Below are positions 11,561-24,016 of a stretch of 64,000 bases of DNA, in pieces; the stretch's first letter is position 1, and every line of letters begins with the position of its first letter. A program made the position numbers and the translations under genes. The notes under the pieces were generated by a model. That model did no database searches. It saw only the letters and a program-made list of their open reading frames with translations, and was not told where the DNA came from. This DNA is from Malacoraja senta. Its lineage: Eukaryota. Location: positions 8,186,001 to 8,250,000 of the forward strand of contig CM075995.1 in assembly GCA_038087875.1 (NCBI GenBank). Direction: 5' to 3'.

Positions 11561-14500
11561 GATACATAGATACATAGAAAATAGGTGCAGGAGTAGGCCA
11601 TTCGGCCCTTCGAGCCTGCACCGCCATTCAATATGATCATGGCTGATCATCCAACTCAGTATCCCGTACCTGCCTTCTCTCCATACCCCCTGATCCCTTT
11701 AGCCACAAGGGCCACATCTTACTCCCTCTTAAATATAGCCAATGAACTGGCCTCAACTACCCTCTGTGGCAGAGAGTTCCAGAGATTCACCACTCTCTGT
11801 GTGAAAAAGTTTTCCCTCATCTCGGTCTTAAAGGATTTCCCCCTTATCCTTAAGCTGTGACCCCTTGTCCTGGACTTCCCCAACATCGGGAACAATCTTC
11901 CTGCATCTAGCCTGTCCAACCCCATAAGAATTTTGTACGTTTCTATAAGATCCCCTCTCAATCTCCTAAATTCTAGCGAGTATAAGCCAAGTCTATCCAG
12001 TCTTTCTTCATATGAAAGTCCTGACATCCCAGGAATCAGTCTGGTGAACCTTCTCTGCACTCCCTCTATGGCTATAATGTCCTTCCTCAGATTTGGAGAC
12101 CAAAACTGTACGCAATACTCCAGGTGTGGTCTCACCAAGACCCTGTACAACTGCAGTAGAACCTCCCTGCTCCTATACTCAAATCCTCTTGCTATGAAGG
12201 CCAACATACCATTCGCTTTCTTCACTGCCTGCTGCACCTGCATGCCTACTTTCAATGACTGGTGTACCATGACACCCAGGTCTCGCAGCATCTCCCCATT
12301 TCCTAATCGGCCACCATTTAGATAATAGTCTGCCTTCCCGTTTTTGCCACCAAAGTGGATAACCTCACATTTATCCACATTATACTGCATCTGCCAAACA
12401 TTTGCCCACTCACCCAGCCTATCCAAGTCACCTTGCAGTCTCCTAGCATCCTCCTCACAGCTAACACTGCCACCCAGCTTAGTGTCATCCGCAAACTTGG
12501 AGATGTTGCTTTCAATTCCCTCGTCCAGATCATTAATATAAATTGTAAATAGCTGGGGTCCCAGCACTGAGCCTTGCGGTACCCCACTAGTCACTGCCTG
12601 CCATTGAGAAAAGGACCCGTTTACTCCTACTCTTTGCTTCCTGTTTGCCAGCCAGTTCTCTATCCACATCAATACTGAACCACCAATACCGTGTGATTAA
12701 AGTTTGTATCCTAATCTCTTATGTGGTACCTTGTCGAAAGCCTTCTGAAAGTCCAGATACAACACATCCACTGGTTCTCCCCTATCCACTCTACTAGTTA
12801 CATCCTCGAAAAATTCTATAACATTCGTCAGACACGATTTACCTTTCGTAACTCCATGCTGACTTTGTCCAATGATTTCACCACTTTCCAAATGTGCTGC
12901 TATCCCATCTTTAATAACTGACTCTAGCAGTTTCCCCACTACCGATGTTAGACTAACTGGTCTGTAATTCCCCGTTTTCTCTCTCCCTCCCTTCTTAAAA
13001 AGTGGGGTTACGTTTGCTACCTCCAATCCTCAGGAACTACTCCAGAGTCTAAAGAGTTTTGAAAAATTATCACTAATGCATCCACTATTTCTGGAGCTAC
13101 TTCCTTAAGTACTCTGGGATGCAGCCTATCTGGCCCTGGTGATTTATCAGCCTTTAATCCATTCAATTTACCCAACACCACTTCCCGACTAACCTGGATT
13201 TCACTCAGTTCCTCCATCTCCTTTGACCCGCGGCCCCCTGCTATTTCCGGCAGATTATTAATGTCTTCCTTAGTGAAGACGGAACCAAAGTAGTTATTCA
13301 ATTGGTCCGCCATATCCTTGTTCCCCATGATCAATTCACCTGTTTCTGACTGCAAGGGACCTACATTTGTTTTAACTAATCTCTTTCTCTTCACATATCT
13401 ATAAAAACGTTTGCAGTCAGTTTTTATGTTCCCTGCCAGTTTCCTTTCATAATCTATTTTCCCTTTCCTAATTAAGCCCTTTGTCCTCCTCTGCTGGTCT
13501 CTGAATTTCTCCCAGTCCTCTGGTATGCTGCTTTTTCTGGCTAATTTGTACGCATCATCTTTTGCTTTGATACTATCCCTGATTTCCCTTGTTATCCACG
13601 GATGCACTACCTTCCCTGATTTATTCTTTTGCCAAACTGGGATGAACAATTTTTGTAGTTCATCCATGCAGTCTTTAAATGCCTTCCATTGCATATCCAC
13701 CGTCAACCCTTTTAGAACTAATTGCCAGTCAATCTTGGCCAATTCACGTCTCATATCCTCAAAGTTACCTTTCTTTAAGTTCAGAACCGTTGTTTCTGAA
13801 TTAACAATGTCACTCTCCATCCTAATGAAGAACTCAACCATATTATGGTCACTCTTGCCCAAGGGGGCACGCACAACAAGTCTGCTAACTAACCCTTCCT
13901 CATTACTCAATACCCAGTCTAGAATAGCCTGCTCTCTCGTTGGTTCCTCTACATGTTGGTTTAGATAACTATCCCTCATACATTCCAAGAAATCCTCTTC
14001 CTCAGCACCCCTGCCAATTTGATTCACCCAATCTATATGTAGATTGAAGTCACCCATTATAACTGTTTTGCCTTTGTTGCACGCATTTCTAATTTCCTGT
14101 TTGATGCCATCCCCAACTTCACTACTACTGCTAGGTGGCCTGTACACAACACCCACCAGCGTTTTCTGCCCCTTAGTGTTTCGCAGCTCTACCCATACCG
14201 ATTCCACATCCTCCAAGCTAATGTCCTTCCTTTCCACTGCGTTAATCTCCTCTCTAACCAGCAACGCTACCCCACCTCCTTTTCCTTTCTCTCTATCCCT
14301 CCTGAATATTGAATATCCCTGGATGTTCAGCTCCCAGCCTTGGTCACCCTGGAGCCATGTCTCCGTGATCGCAACTATATCATAATCATTAATTGCTATC
14401 TGCACGTTCAACTCATCCACCTTATTACGAATGCTCCTTGCATTGAGACACAAAGCCTTCAGGCTTGTTTTTACAACGCTCTTACCCCTTATACAATTAT

Positions 14501-16137
14501 GTTGAAAAGTGGCTTTTTGATTTTTGCCCTGGATTTGTCTGCCTGCCACTTTTACTTTTCACCTTGCTACCTATTGCTTCCGCCCGCATTTTACACCCCT
14601 CTGTTTCTCTGCTCACCCATTTAAGAACCCCACCACCTCTTATTCTGTTTATTATTGTTTTCTTCTTTCCCCCCTACATGTTGGGTCTGAGTGCTTTCCT
14701 TCTCTGCCTCCTGCCTCACACACTGTCTAATAGCATTCTCTATTTGAGTCCCTCCCCCCAACCATTCTAGTTTAAAGTCTCCCCAGTAGCCTTTGCAGAT
14801 CTCCCCGCCAGGATATCGGTCCCCCTCAGGTTCAAGTGCAACCCATCCTTTTTGTACAGGTCGAACCTTCCACAAAAGAGGTCCCAATGATCCAGAAATT
14901 TGAATCCCTGCCTTCTGCACCAGTCCTTCAGCCACGCATTTATCCTCCACCTCGCTCCATTCCTACTCTCACTGTCGCGTGGCACAGGCAGTAATCCCGA
15001 GATTGTTACCTTTGCTGTCCTTCTCTTTAACTCCCCTCCTAACTCCCTAAATTCTCCTTTCAGGACCTCTTCTCTTTTTTTACCTATGTCATTGGTACCT
15101 ATATGTATCACGACCTCGGGCTCCTCTCCCTGCCCTTTCAGGATGTCTTGGACACGTTGAGACACATCACAGACCCTGGCACCAGGGAGGCAAACTACCA
15201 TCCGGGTCTCCCGACTGCGTCCACAGAATCGCCTGTCTGACCCCCTAACTATAGAGTCCCCTATTAATATTGCCCTCCTCTTCTTTTCCTTACCCTTCTG
15301 AGCAACAGGACCGGTCTCTATACCGGAGGCCCGGCCGCTGTCGCTACTCCTAGGTAGGCTGTCCACCCCAACAGTGCTCAAACAGGAGTACTTATTGTCA
15401 AGGTGTACAGCCACCGGGTTACTCTCTAGTCCCTGCCTGTGCCCCTTGCCTCTCCCAACCGTGATCCACTTGCCTGCCTCCTGTGGTGTTGGAGTGACCA
15501 CATCCCTGTAACTCCTCTCAATGACTTCCTCGCTCTCCCTGACCAGACGGAGGTCATCGAGCTGCTGCTCCAGGTTCCTAATACGGTCCATTAGGAGCCC
15601 CATCTCGATACACCTGGCGCAGATGTGGACGTCTGGAGGGCTATCAGACTCCATGACTTCCCACATCTGACATCCAGAACAGTAAACTGCCCTGGCCCTC
15701 ATACTCCCCTTACCCTGGATAGAATACAAAACTGCTAGAATACAAAACAAACTGCTAGAATACAGTACAATCAGCAGGGATCTGACTCCCAATCAGCTGC
15801 TCCCACTTGTCTGCTTCCACCAATCAGCGGCTTCCTCAAACCCACTTGTTTTTGAAGTGGAACTTGGAACGTTACAGATTTAGGTTCCTCCTTTTTCAGT
15901 CCTACCGCTCGGGTGTAGCTCCTCCCTCTGCGACCTCTCCAACGGCTCTCGGGCCTCTGTAAGGAACAAGCCCCGCGCTCCTTTTTATGTCCTACCGCTC
16001 GGGTGTAGCTCCTCCCTCTGCGATCTCTCCAACGGCTCTCGGGCCTCTGTAAGGAACAAGCCCCGCGCTCCTTTTTAACTCCTACCGCTCGGGTGTAGCT
16101 CCTCCCTCTGCGATCTCTCCAACGGCTCTCGGGCCTC
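11561..16137 (-). mobile_element. Near full-length CR1 LINE, left arm only
   Basis: 5' ~90-bp monomers, ORF1 at 14767-15792, ORF2 from ~14549 broken at ~13020 and ~12695, tail (tatgtatc)n at 11561, candidate TSD tctta at 11556-11560 and 16138-16142. Confidence 0.95.
14767..15792 (-). CDS. CR1 ORF1 (zinc finger, coiled coil, SGNH esterase-like domain)
   Basis: CSGC..CARC, LEQQLDDL, LIGDSIVRG, CLPGA, HIGTND, DGLHLN. True start is probably the MRARAV methionine downstream of the ORF-track start. Confidence 0.85.
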   Translation of the reverse strand: MGVRSLLIVLYSSSLFCILAVLYSIQGKGSMRARAVYCSGCQMWEVMESDSPPDVHICARCIEMGLLMDRIRNLEQQLDDLRLVRESEEVIERSYRDVVTPTPQEAGKWITVGRGKGHRQGLESNPVAVHLDNKYSCLSTVGVDSLPRSSDSGRASGIETGPVAQKGKEKKRRAILIGDSIVRGSDRRFCGRSRETRMVVCLPGARVCDVSQRVQDILKGQGEEPEVVIHIGTNDIGKKREEVLKGEFRELGGELKRRTAKVTISGLLPVPRDSESRNGARWRINAWLKDWCRRQGFKFLDHWDLFCGRFDLYKKDGLHLNLRGTDILAGRSAKATGETLN

Positions 16138-16140
16138 TCT
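15888..16140 (-). repeat. ~90-bp tandem repeat (about 3 copies) in the CR1 5'UTR
   Basis: cctaccgctcgggtgtagctcctccctctgcga recurs at 15901, 15991 and 16081. Confidence 0.92.
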
Positions 16141-16142
16141 TA

Positions 16143-16746
16143 AGGCTCTGTCTTACCTGTTTGCGGTCATCGGCGGTGAAGCGCGGCGTCGCCGGTAGCG
16201 AGGACCGCGCGGCAACGGCGAGAGCGTCGAGCCTATCCACCGGAGCGCCACACGGATGCTGCGCGGGGGCCGAGTTAATTCAAACACGGCGGGTCCCACG
16301 TGCTTGCGGTAAGTAAATAAAAGGGCGGGCCGACTGCGATGACGTCGGCCAGCCGCACGTGACTCACCAGCGGCGGCTGTGGCAGTGGAGGTTTGACGCA
16401 CGGCGCTCGAGCCATACTGGCGGCGGCCCATGCGAGCGGCCGTGCCTCACTGGCGGCGGCACGTGCCTCACTGGCGGAGGCTGTGGCAGTGGAGGTTTGA
16501 CGCACGGCGCTCGAGCCACACTGGCGGCGGCCCGTGCGAGCGGCCGTGCCGCACTCGTGCATCACTGGTGGAGGTTGTGCGGTGAGTATTTAGTTTTGGA
16601 CATTGTCGATTTTATTTTAGCACCGCGCGGTGTTGCGAACACCGCCGCACGGCCCGGGAATTGTACTTTCTCACGAGTGCGCGGTCTATGGCGGCAGATT
16701 CTTCCCGTTTCGCCGCCATAGACCGCAGACTCGTGAGACACGCCTT
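16143..16746. mobile_element. Putative PIF/Harbinger-type MITE, left arm only
   Basis: Flanked by TTA (16140-16142, 16747-16749). Imperfect ~38-bp TIRs: aggctctgtcttacctgtttgcggtcatcggcggtgaa vs reverse complement of right end aaggcgtgtctcacgagtctgcggtctatggcggcgaa. CpG-rich with internal direct repeats; no transposase. Confidence 0.65.
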
Positions 16747-17922
16747 TTACACTATGAATGTTACAATTAGGCGGGGTTATAATTACTAAGCACTCTAATT
16801 GGCTAACATGCTATAGCCAATGCTACAGGTGGGTGTGTGTGAGTGTGGGTGTGTGTGTGAGTGAAGGCCCAGAGCTACGGGAGAGTCAGGGCGGGTTGTT
16901 TCTGGGCCGGCACCTCTGTAAAAATACAAGATCACCGTCTTTTTGTTGACTTCCTTGATAATTATATTTCATGATAATTAGTGAGTGCAACCGTGCAATA
17001 TTTTGTTATATTATTAAATTAAGTATTATATGTTTTATTGTACTAGTTATACACTGGGATGTAGTGATAGGCTATAATCTTGTTTGACCCTCTTGGGAGA
17101 CAAGCTTGTGCCTTTCCCCCCCTTCCCCCCTCCTCCCCCTCAGCAAAACCTGAAATGACTCCCCTGTTTGAGAACAATTAGCTCTGCAACACTGTTTAAA
17201 ACACATACCTGCAGATTCAGGAACAGTTATCAGACACCTGAACCATCCTTCACCACTAGAGTGCGGTCCTGCTCTCTCATCTAACCCACTGGAGACCTTT
17301 GAACTACCTTTAGCCGGTCTTTATCAGACTTAATGTGATATCCTTTATCTGTACACTGTGTAGTCTTTTCGTTGACTGGATAGCTCGTAACAAAAAGCTT
17401 TTCACTGCCATGCAGGAGGCTGAGGGATGATCTTATAGAGGTGTATAAATTCATGAGGGGAATAGATAGGGTGAAGGCATAGTGTCTTTCTAACCAGAGT
17501 AGGGCAATCAAGAATTAGAGGGCGTTAGTTTGAGAAGTCATAGAGTGATACAGTGTGGAAACAGGCCCTTCAGCCCAACTTGCCCACGGCCGACCACCAT
17601 GTCCCAGCTACACTTGTCGCACCTGCCTGTGTTTGGCCAATATTCCTCTAAACCTGTCCTATCCATGGGCTTGTCTAAATGTTTCTTAAACATTGGGATA
17701 GTCCCAGCCTCAACTACCTCCTCTGGCAGCTGGTTCCAGACACCCACCACCCTTTGTTTAAAACAGTTACCCCTCAACTTCCTATTAAATCTATCCCCCC
17801 TCAACTCAAACCTACGAGCTCAGGTCCTCGATTCCCCTACACTGGGTAAAAGACTCTGTGTGTCTACTCGATCTATTCGGGTAAGGGGAAAGATTTAATT
17901 TGAGAGAAGGGAAACTGAGGGG

Positions 17923-18171
17923 TGTGACGGGCCGAGCCACTTTGGTCTCGAATCATCGATCGTCGAGCTCAAGCTCAAGCACTCGCATGGACCTGCGTGA
18001 TCTGGGCCAACCAATCAATGGGTGAACAGCTGGAGGGGTGCAGTGGACAACGGGGATAGTCTTCACTTCACAGTCAACACGTTGACACACACCTTGCTCT
18101 TTTGTACCAATTGTTGAGTTGTATCGTTTAAATATTAAACCTGGCGTTTGTACAACACGTCAACCTCTTCA
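17923..18171 (+). mobile_element. Solo LTR (249 bp)
   Basis: TG..CA termini, GGGG TSD on both sides, ATTAAA near the 3' end; interrupts a CR1 3' fragment (aactgagggg|caatttttt). Mirror 34100-34348. Confidence 0.75.
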
Positions 18172-18455
18172 GGGGCAATTTTTTTCACAGAGGATGGCGG
18201 GTAGATGGAATGAGATGCCAGAGGAAGTGGTTAAAGGAGCAACAATAACAATATTTAACAAACAGTTGAACAAGTTCGCAGATAGGAAAGGTTTAGGGAG
18301 GAGGCAGGAGAATGGGGTTAGGAGAGAGAGAGATGTGTCAGCCATGATTGAATGGCGGAGTAGACTTGATGGGCTGAATGGCCTAATTCTACTCCTATCC
18401 CTTATGACCTTTAGCGGGACATGGATCACACGCAGGCAAATGGGACGAACTTAGA

Positions 18456-20235
18456 TGGCGGCACAGTGGCACAACGGTAGAATTGCTGCCCTACAGCGCC
18501 AGAGACCAAGGTTTGATCCTGACCAAGGGTGCTGTCTGTACGGAGTTTGTGCGTTCTACCTGTGAAAGCATGGGTTTTCTCCTGGTGCTCCGGTTTCCTA
18601 CAGATTTGCAGGTTAAATGGCCTCTGTAAAATTGCAAATTGTCCTTAGTGTGTGTAGGATGATGCGAGTGTACAAGGTGATCGCTGGTTGGCGTGGAGTG
18701 GCTGGGCTGAAGGATTTAGAGATACAGCACGGAAACAAGCGCTTCGGCCCCCCGGGTCCGCGCCGACCATCGATCCCCGCACATTTGGGACAATTGTTTA
18801 TTTTACATTTATACCAAGCCAATTAACCTACAAACCTGTACGTCTTTGGAGTGTGGGAGGAAACCGAACATCTCGGAAAAAACCCATGCAGGTCACGGGA
18901 GAACGTACAAACTCCGTACAGACAGCACCCGTAGTCGGGATGGAACCCGGGTCACCGGCGCTGTAAGGCAGCAACTCTACCGCTGCGCCACCGTGACCGC
19001 CCACAGCGTGACCCCCCCGGGTCTGTTTCCCTGCTGTATCACTAAAATATCACAATAAACACAAATTCAAAATGTACTTTATTGTGTAACATAAATGACA
19101 AATCTTTGTTCCGCGAAGAATTTAAATGTTGACATGAGCTAGTATTTCCTAATTGCATCAGTGTCAAAAAAAAAATTGGGCTCATTTTTCCAGATGGGGA
19201 GAGGAAGTTTTACAACTCAGGAAGTTGAGAGGGAAAGATAGATCAGCCATGGTTGAATGGCAGAGTAGACTCAATGGGCCGAATGGCCTACATCTGCTAT
19301 CACTTATGAACATGAACTTATGAGAAACTCAGAGGGTCAGGCGGCATCTCTGGTTTAGAGTCTGAAGAAGGATCCCAACCTGAAACGTTACCTATCCACA
19401 TTCTCCTGAGTTGCTGCCTGACCCCTGAGTTACTCCAGCACTTTGTGTCTTCATGGTGATAAGCCCTGTTCTTCGCATGGTGGATTTTAGCAGAAAATGA
19501 CTAATGATTGAAATAAGCATGACTCGGATGTAAATACTTCCTTAGGAGCTGAATTCCAGCCAAGTGACTTTGTCTGGTAGGAAATGAATCTGTGAGCAAT
19601 GAATCTTGAGACCCTGCAGCTGAAAGGATTACCAGTTAACGATCTTCAATGCTGAGGAAGGCTGGGGCATTACTAATCACCAGAATCTACTATTCTTCAT
19701 CACCAGAGACCCGGGTTCGATCCTGACTACAGGCGCTGATTGTACGGAGTTTGTACATTCTCCCCGTGACCTGCGTGGGTTTCTCCGGGAGCTCCGGTTT
19801 CCTCCCGCACTCCAAAACGTACAAGTTTGTAGGTTAATTGCCTTTAGTAAAATTGTAAATTGTCCCCAGCGGCTGTAGGATAGTGTTAGTGTGCGGGGAT
19901 CGCTGGTCAGGGCCGACCTGGTGGGCTGAAGGGCCTATTTGAAGATGTAACTAGGAAAATGGCCTCTTGCTCTGATCCCTGCATTAGTTTAGTTTAGTTC
20001 AGTTACTTTGGAGAAACAGGCACTTCGTCCCACTGAGTCCGCGCCGACCAGCGATCCCCGCACACTAACACTACCCCTACACGCACGGCGGACAATTTTA
20101 CACCAAGCCAATTAACCTACAAACCTGTACGTCTTTGTAGTGTGGGAGGAAATGCTGGAGTAACTCAGCGGGACAGGCAGTATCTCTGGAGAGAAGGAAT
20201 GGGTGACGTTTCAGGTCGAGACCCTTCTTCAGACT
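18456..20235. mobile_element. Cluster of HE1-like V-SINEs with CR1 and Penelope fragments
   Basis: tRNA-like heads with A/B boxes (gtggcgcagcggtag, gggttcga) at ~18456+, ~19002- and ~19704+. Mirror ~32015-33815. Confidence 0.8.
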
Positions 20236-21578
20236 TTCTAATTTCAGGAGAAAACATTGGTATTAATTATTACTCTAAATTCAAGACACATGACCGCAAT
20301 GTTTTCTCCCTTGTAGAGCTATATATTTGCAATCAGTGGGTCATATTTGCATTCCTTTTCGTCAGAGACAACTTCCTTTGCATTTTAAATTTCAATATAT
20401 TTGATTACATAACGTGACACATTAATTTAAACCTGTGATTTTTGTAACTATCAAAGTAATTAGTTGAAAACATCATTATGGCTGTAGTGATTGGCCTAAA
20501 TAGATTCTATCATACTGTTATCAGGCACTTGAATAGAGAACTCATATGCTGTGCATGAAGTACTGATCTTCCAATCTAGCTTATTTTGGCCCGTGCACTT
20601 TTTTAATCTATACTTTCTAAAGGTTGCAACACTACATTTTGCACTCTGTTTATTTTCTCCTTTACACTACACGAGGTACTCATGTATGGTATAATTTGCC
20701 TGCATAACATGCAAAAAGAAAGATTTTCCTCTGTATCTGACACGTGATATTTGACAATAATAAACCAATATCAACACTACTCAAAAGCTGTTAGAATATC
20801 ACAAAACGAGTCAGCCTCAAGATACAGTTTCAGAACTATTCAGAAAATCTCAGTATTTTTACAATGAGCCCTATCTGAGTGGCTACATCGGTTCACCCAA
20901 AGATCCTGAGGGTGCATGCCTCAATAATAGTAACACTTTTGAATGTCAAGGATAAGATATCAACTCTCTTAATGTAAGATAAATTATCGGCAGCAGAGTT
21001 TTGGATAAGTTAAAGTCAATGGGTTACCAAACAGGAAACCCAGCCAAGAAAATTAAAATACAGTAATTTCATGATTTATAAATCTATTTATTAATTTTAA
21101 CTATATCATCATTGACTCTTTGGAGATACATATATTTGATTTATGAAGTTAATTTATTTGTTGTGCCCACAAGCACTCCATTCTCCAGTCACTGTACATT
21201 CACTGTAATGCAATGTGCCAAGAAACTCTTCATGCATTTCACCGTCTTTATGAGATACAAAATATTGCAATAACCAACTATTTTTTCAGGAACTGACAGA
21301 GGTTTTAGTAGCAGAAAGGCTTCAATGACTAATATCACAAAGGTGGAAGTGTTTAGTCATTATGAAAAAGATGGACAAAACAATGTGGCCCAACTCTGAT
21401 AAGGATTGAGAGACATTGAAGCAGAGCACACTGGCCTAGCCTAACCGGACGCAGCCATCTTTGATGCTGGCATCCCTTTCTGGATGCCGCCATCTTTGAT
21501 GCTGCGCAGACCGCTGCCTTCCACAAACACCATGCTGGGCATCGTAATGCACCGTTGCACTGTCGTGTACGCACGCGC

Positions 21579-21995
21579 AAAGTCAAAGTCAATTTTATTC
21601 GTCACATGCACCCAAAGGTGCAGTGAAATGAATTTGCCAGCAGGATACACTTAGAAAGAACACACAATAAGATTTAACACAAACATCGACCACAACATTC
21701 TTCACTCCCGCGATGGAGAGTCCACGTTGCGCCTACTGCCGATCCTCTGGGCCCGACTCTGGGAAAGGCCGCTCCAATCCAAGCTGTTTGGCCGCAAGGG
21801 AGGGCGACATGGAAAAAGTCGCCTCTCCGTTGAGGAGGCGGCCAAAAACGGTTCCCCCCTTTCCCCTCCCCACCACCCCCCACACAAGACACACTGAGAG
21901 ACACCCAAACTAACACTAGACACACAAAAAAAAAACAAAGTAGAAATAACGAACATGCTGCTGGCAGGGCAGCCGAACTCGCAGCGCCCACACCG
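21579..21995 (-). mobile_element. SINE-like element with (gacttt)n tail
   Basis: gtgacgaataaaattgactttgacttt tail; 5' part related to 7691-8434 and 5935-6075. Mirror ~30262-30672. Confidence 0.65.
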
Positions 21996-22379
21996 ACATC
22001 GAATGCAAAGCGGTGCGTGTTCTTCATTGAGTATTCAGACAACAGTGCACGGTTGCTGGTGCAGGGCAGCTGTGCATGCTCGACATTACAATGCTCCGGT
22101 GCATGGTTGCAGACGCACCAATTCAAAAGCTCCGATGCACACACGTACTCAGCGACGCCGCATGCTCCCCCCGTGGCACACACTGGTGCAAAGGCAGCGA
22201 TGCGGACGCAGGGTTTTCACACTGGCCCGGCACTCTGCCACGTCTGCTCACCACTACGTCGGCAACGTGCACGCTCACCCCTTGCACACTCACTGATCCA
22301 GTGAGTACGTGTGTGAGTACAGGAATACTGGAAACCAGTTAGTGTGCACCCGCCCTCCCCCATTCCCTCCCTCCCGTGA

Positions 22380-23105
22380 GTCAGTCTGCGTCAGTGTGTC
22401 TGAGTGTGCAAATGCGTGTCCTGGTGCCTGTGCATTGGTGTGTAGCAGTGGGTGTGTATTTGCACATCATTGAGTGTGCACTGGTGTGTCGATGAGTGTC
22501 CACCCGTGATTGTGCATTGGCATGCAAACGTATGTATCACTGATTGTGCAAATAAGCGTGTATCGGCATGTATTGGTGAGTGTGCACTAGCGGGTTGTGT
22601 TGGTGCATCAATATTTGTGTGTCAGTGATTGCGAGTGTGTTTTAAGTGTGAATCAGTCCTTGTGCACTGACGCGCCAATGTGTGCCAGTGTGCATTGTTG
22701 AGTGTGTATGTGGTCACAGGTGGTGCATTGGTGTGTGATTGTGCGTTGATGTGTTGAAGTGTGTATCCGTGTGCATTGGTGAGAGTGTGTTAATGGGTGT
22801 GTGCTGGTGTGTCAATGACTGTCTGTGCCAGTGATTGTGCACTGGTGTGTCAACGAGTGTGTATCAGTGCGGATCAGTGTGCCAATGAGTGTGCATGCCA
22901 GCGATTGTGCACTGGTGTGTCAACGAGCGTGTATCAGTGTGAACTGGTGTGTCAATGTGTGTATCAGTGTGCATTGGTGTGTCAATGAGTATTAGTGAGC
23001 GGGCACATGAGCGTGCATCGGTGTGTCGGTGGGTGTGCGGCAGTGGATGTGCCAGTTGATAGTGCGCCAGTGAGTGTGCCGGTGAGCGTGCAAGAGCGAG
23101 TGTGA
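22380..23105. repeat. Degenerate TG-rich low-complexity tract
   Basis: Repeated gtgtgtc/gtgcactggtgtgt motifs. Mirror ~29145-29880. Confidence 0.85.
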
Positions 23106-23200
23106 ACAGAGGGGAGGCTTGAGGCCACGTCAATTTAACCGTGTTTTTTATTCAGGCCATGATGGAAAGCCAATCACACAATGTGAAGAAACACGGCAAT

Positions 23201-23559
23201 GGGAGGGGAGGGGAGGGGATGGGAGGGGAGGGGAGGGGAGGGGAGGGGGGAGGGGAGGGGAGGGGAGGGGTGGGGAGGGGAGGGGTGGGGAGGGGATGGG
23301 AGGACAGGAGAAGGGAGGTGAGGGGAGGGGATGGGAGTCGAGGAGAGGACAGGAGTGGGGAGGGGAGGGGGAGAGAGGGAGTGAGAGAGAGAGAGAGAGA
23401 AAGAGAAAGAGAGCAAGAAAGAGAGAGAGAGAGAGGGAGAGAAGGAGAGAGGGAGAGAGGGAGAGAAGGAGAGAAGGAGAGAGGGAGAGTGAGAGAGGCA
23501 GAGGGGGAGAGGAGAGCCGAGAGAGAGAGAGAAAGGGAAAGAGAGAAAGAGAGTGAGAA

Positions 23560-23591
<32 letters not shown>

Positions 23592-23932
23592 GGAGAGAGA
23601 GAGAGGGAGAGAGGAAGAGGGAGAGAAAGTGAGAGAGAGGGGGGAGGGAGAGAGAGAGAGAGAGGGAGAGGGAGAGAGAGAGGGAGAAAGAGTGAAGAGA
23701 GAGAGTGAGAAGAGAGAGACGGAAAGAGAGGGACAGAGAGGGAGAGAGAGAGAGCGAAAGAGCGAGATATAGGGAGAGATAGAGATAAAGAGAGTGAGGA
23801 AGAAAGAGAGAATCCTAGCCTCTCATTCCTCTGCTACAAATCCCTCTCCTCCCTTCCCTCTGCGCTCTCTACACCTCCTCTCTCCTCCACACTGTCTCTC
23901 TCTCTCCTCACTCTCTCACATTCACACCATCT

Positions 23933-23968
<36 letters not shown>

Positions 23969-24000
23969 ATATTCACACCATCCTCTCCCCCTCTCTCCAC
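23201..24000. repeat. ~600-bp polypurine (GGGGA/GA) tract followed by a ~180-bp polypyrimidine tract
   Basis: Direct reading. Mirror of the purine tract at ~28450-29050. Confidence 0.95.
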
Positions 24001-24016
24001 AGCAATGAACAATATG

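Noticed and set aside
20240..21430. AT-rich unique block as possible exons
   Set aside because: Only short frames, no recognisable peptide or clear acceptor/donor pair.
23119..23632. Arg/Glu/Gly-rich ORFs (also 28449-29133)
   Set aside because: Translations of GA/GGGGA simple repeats.
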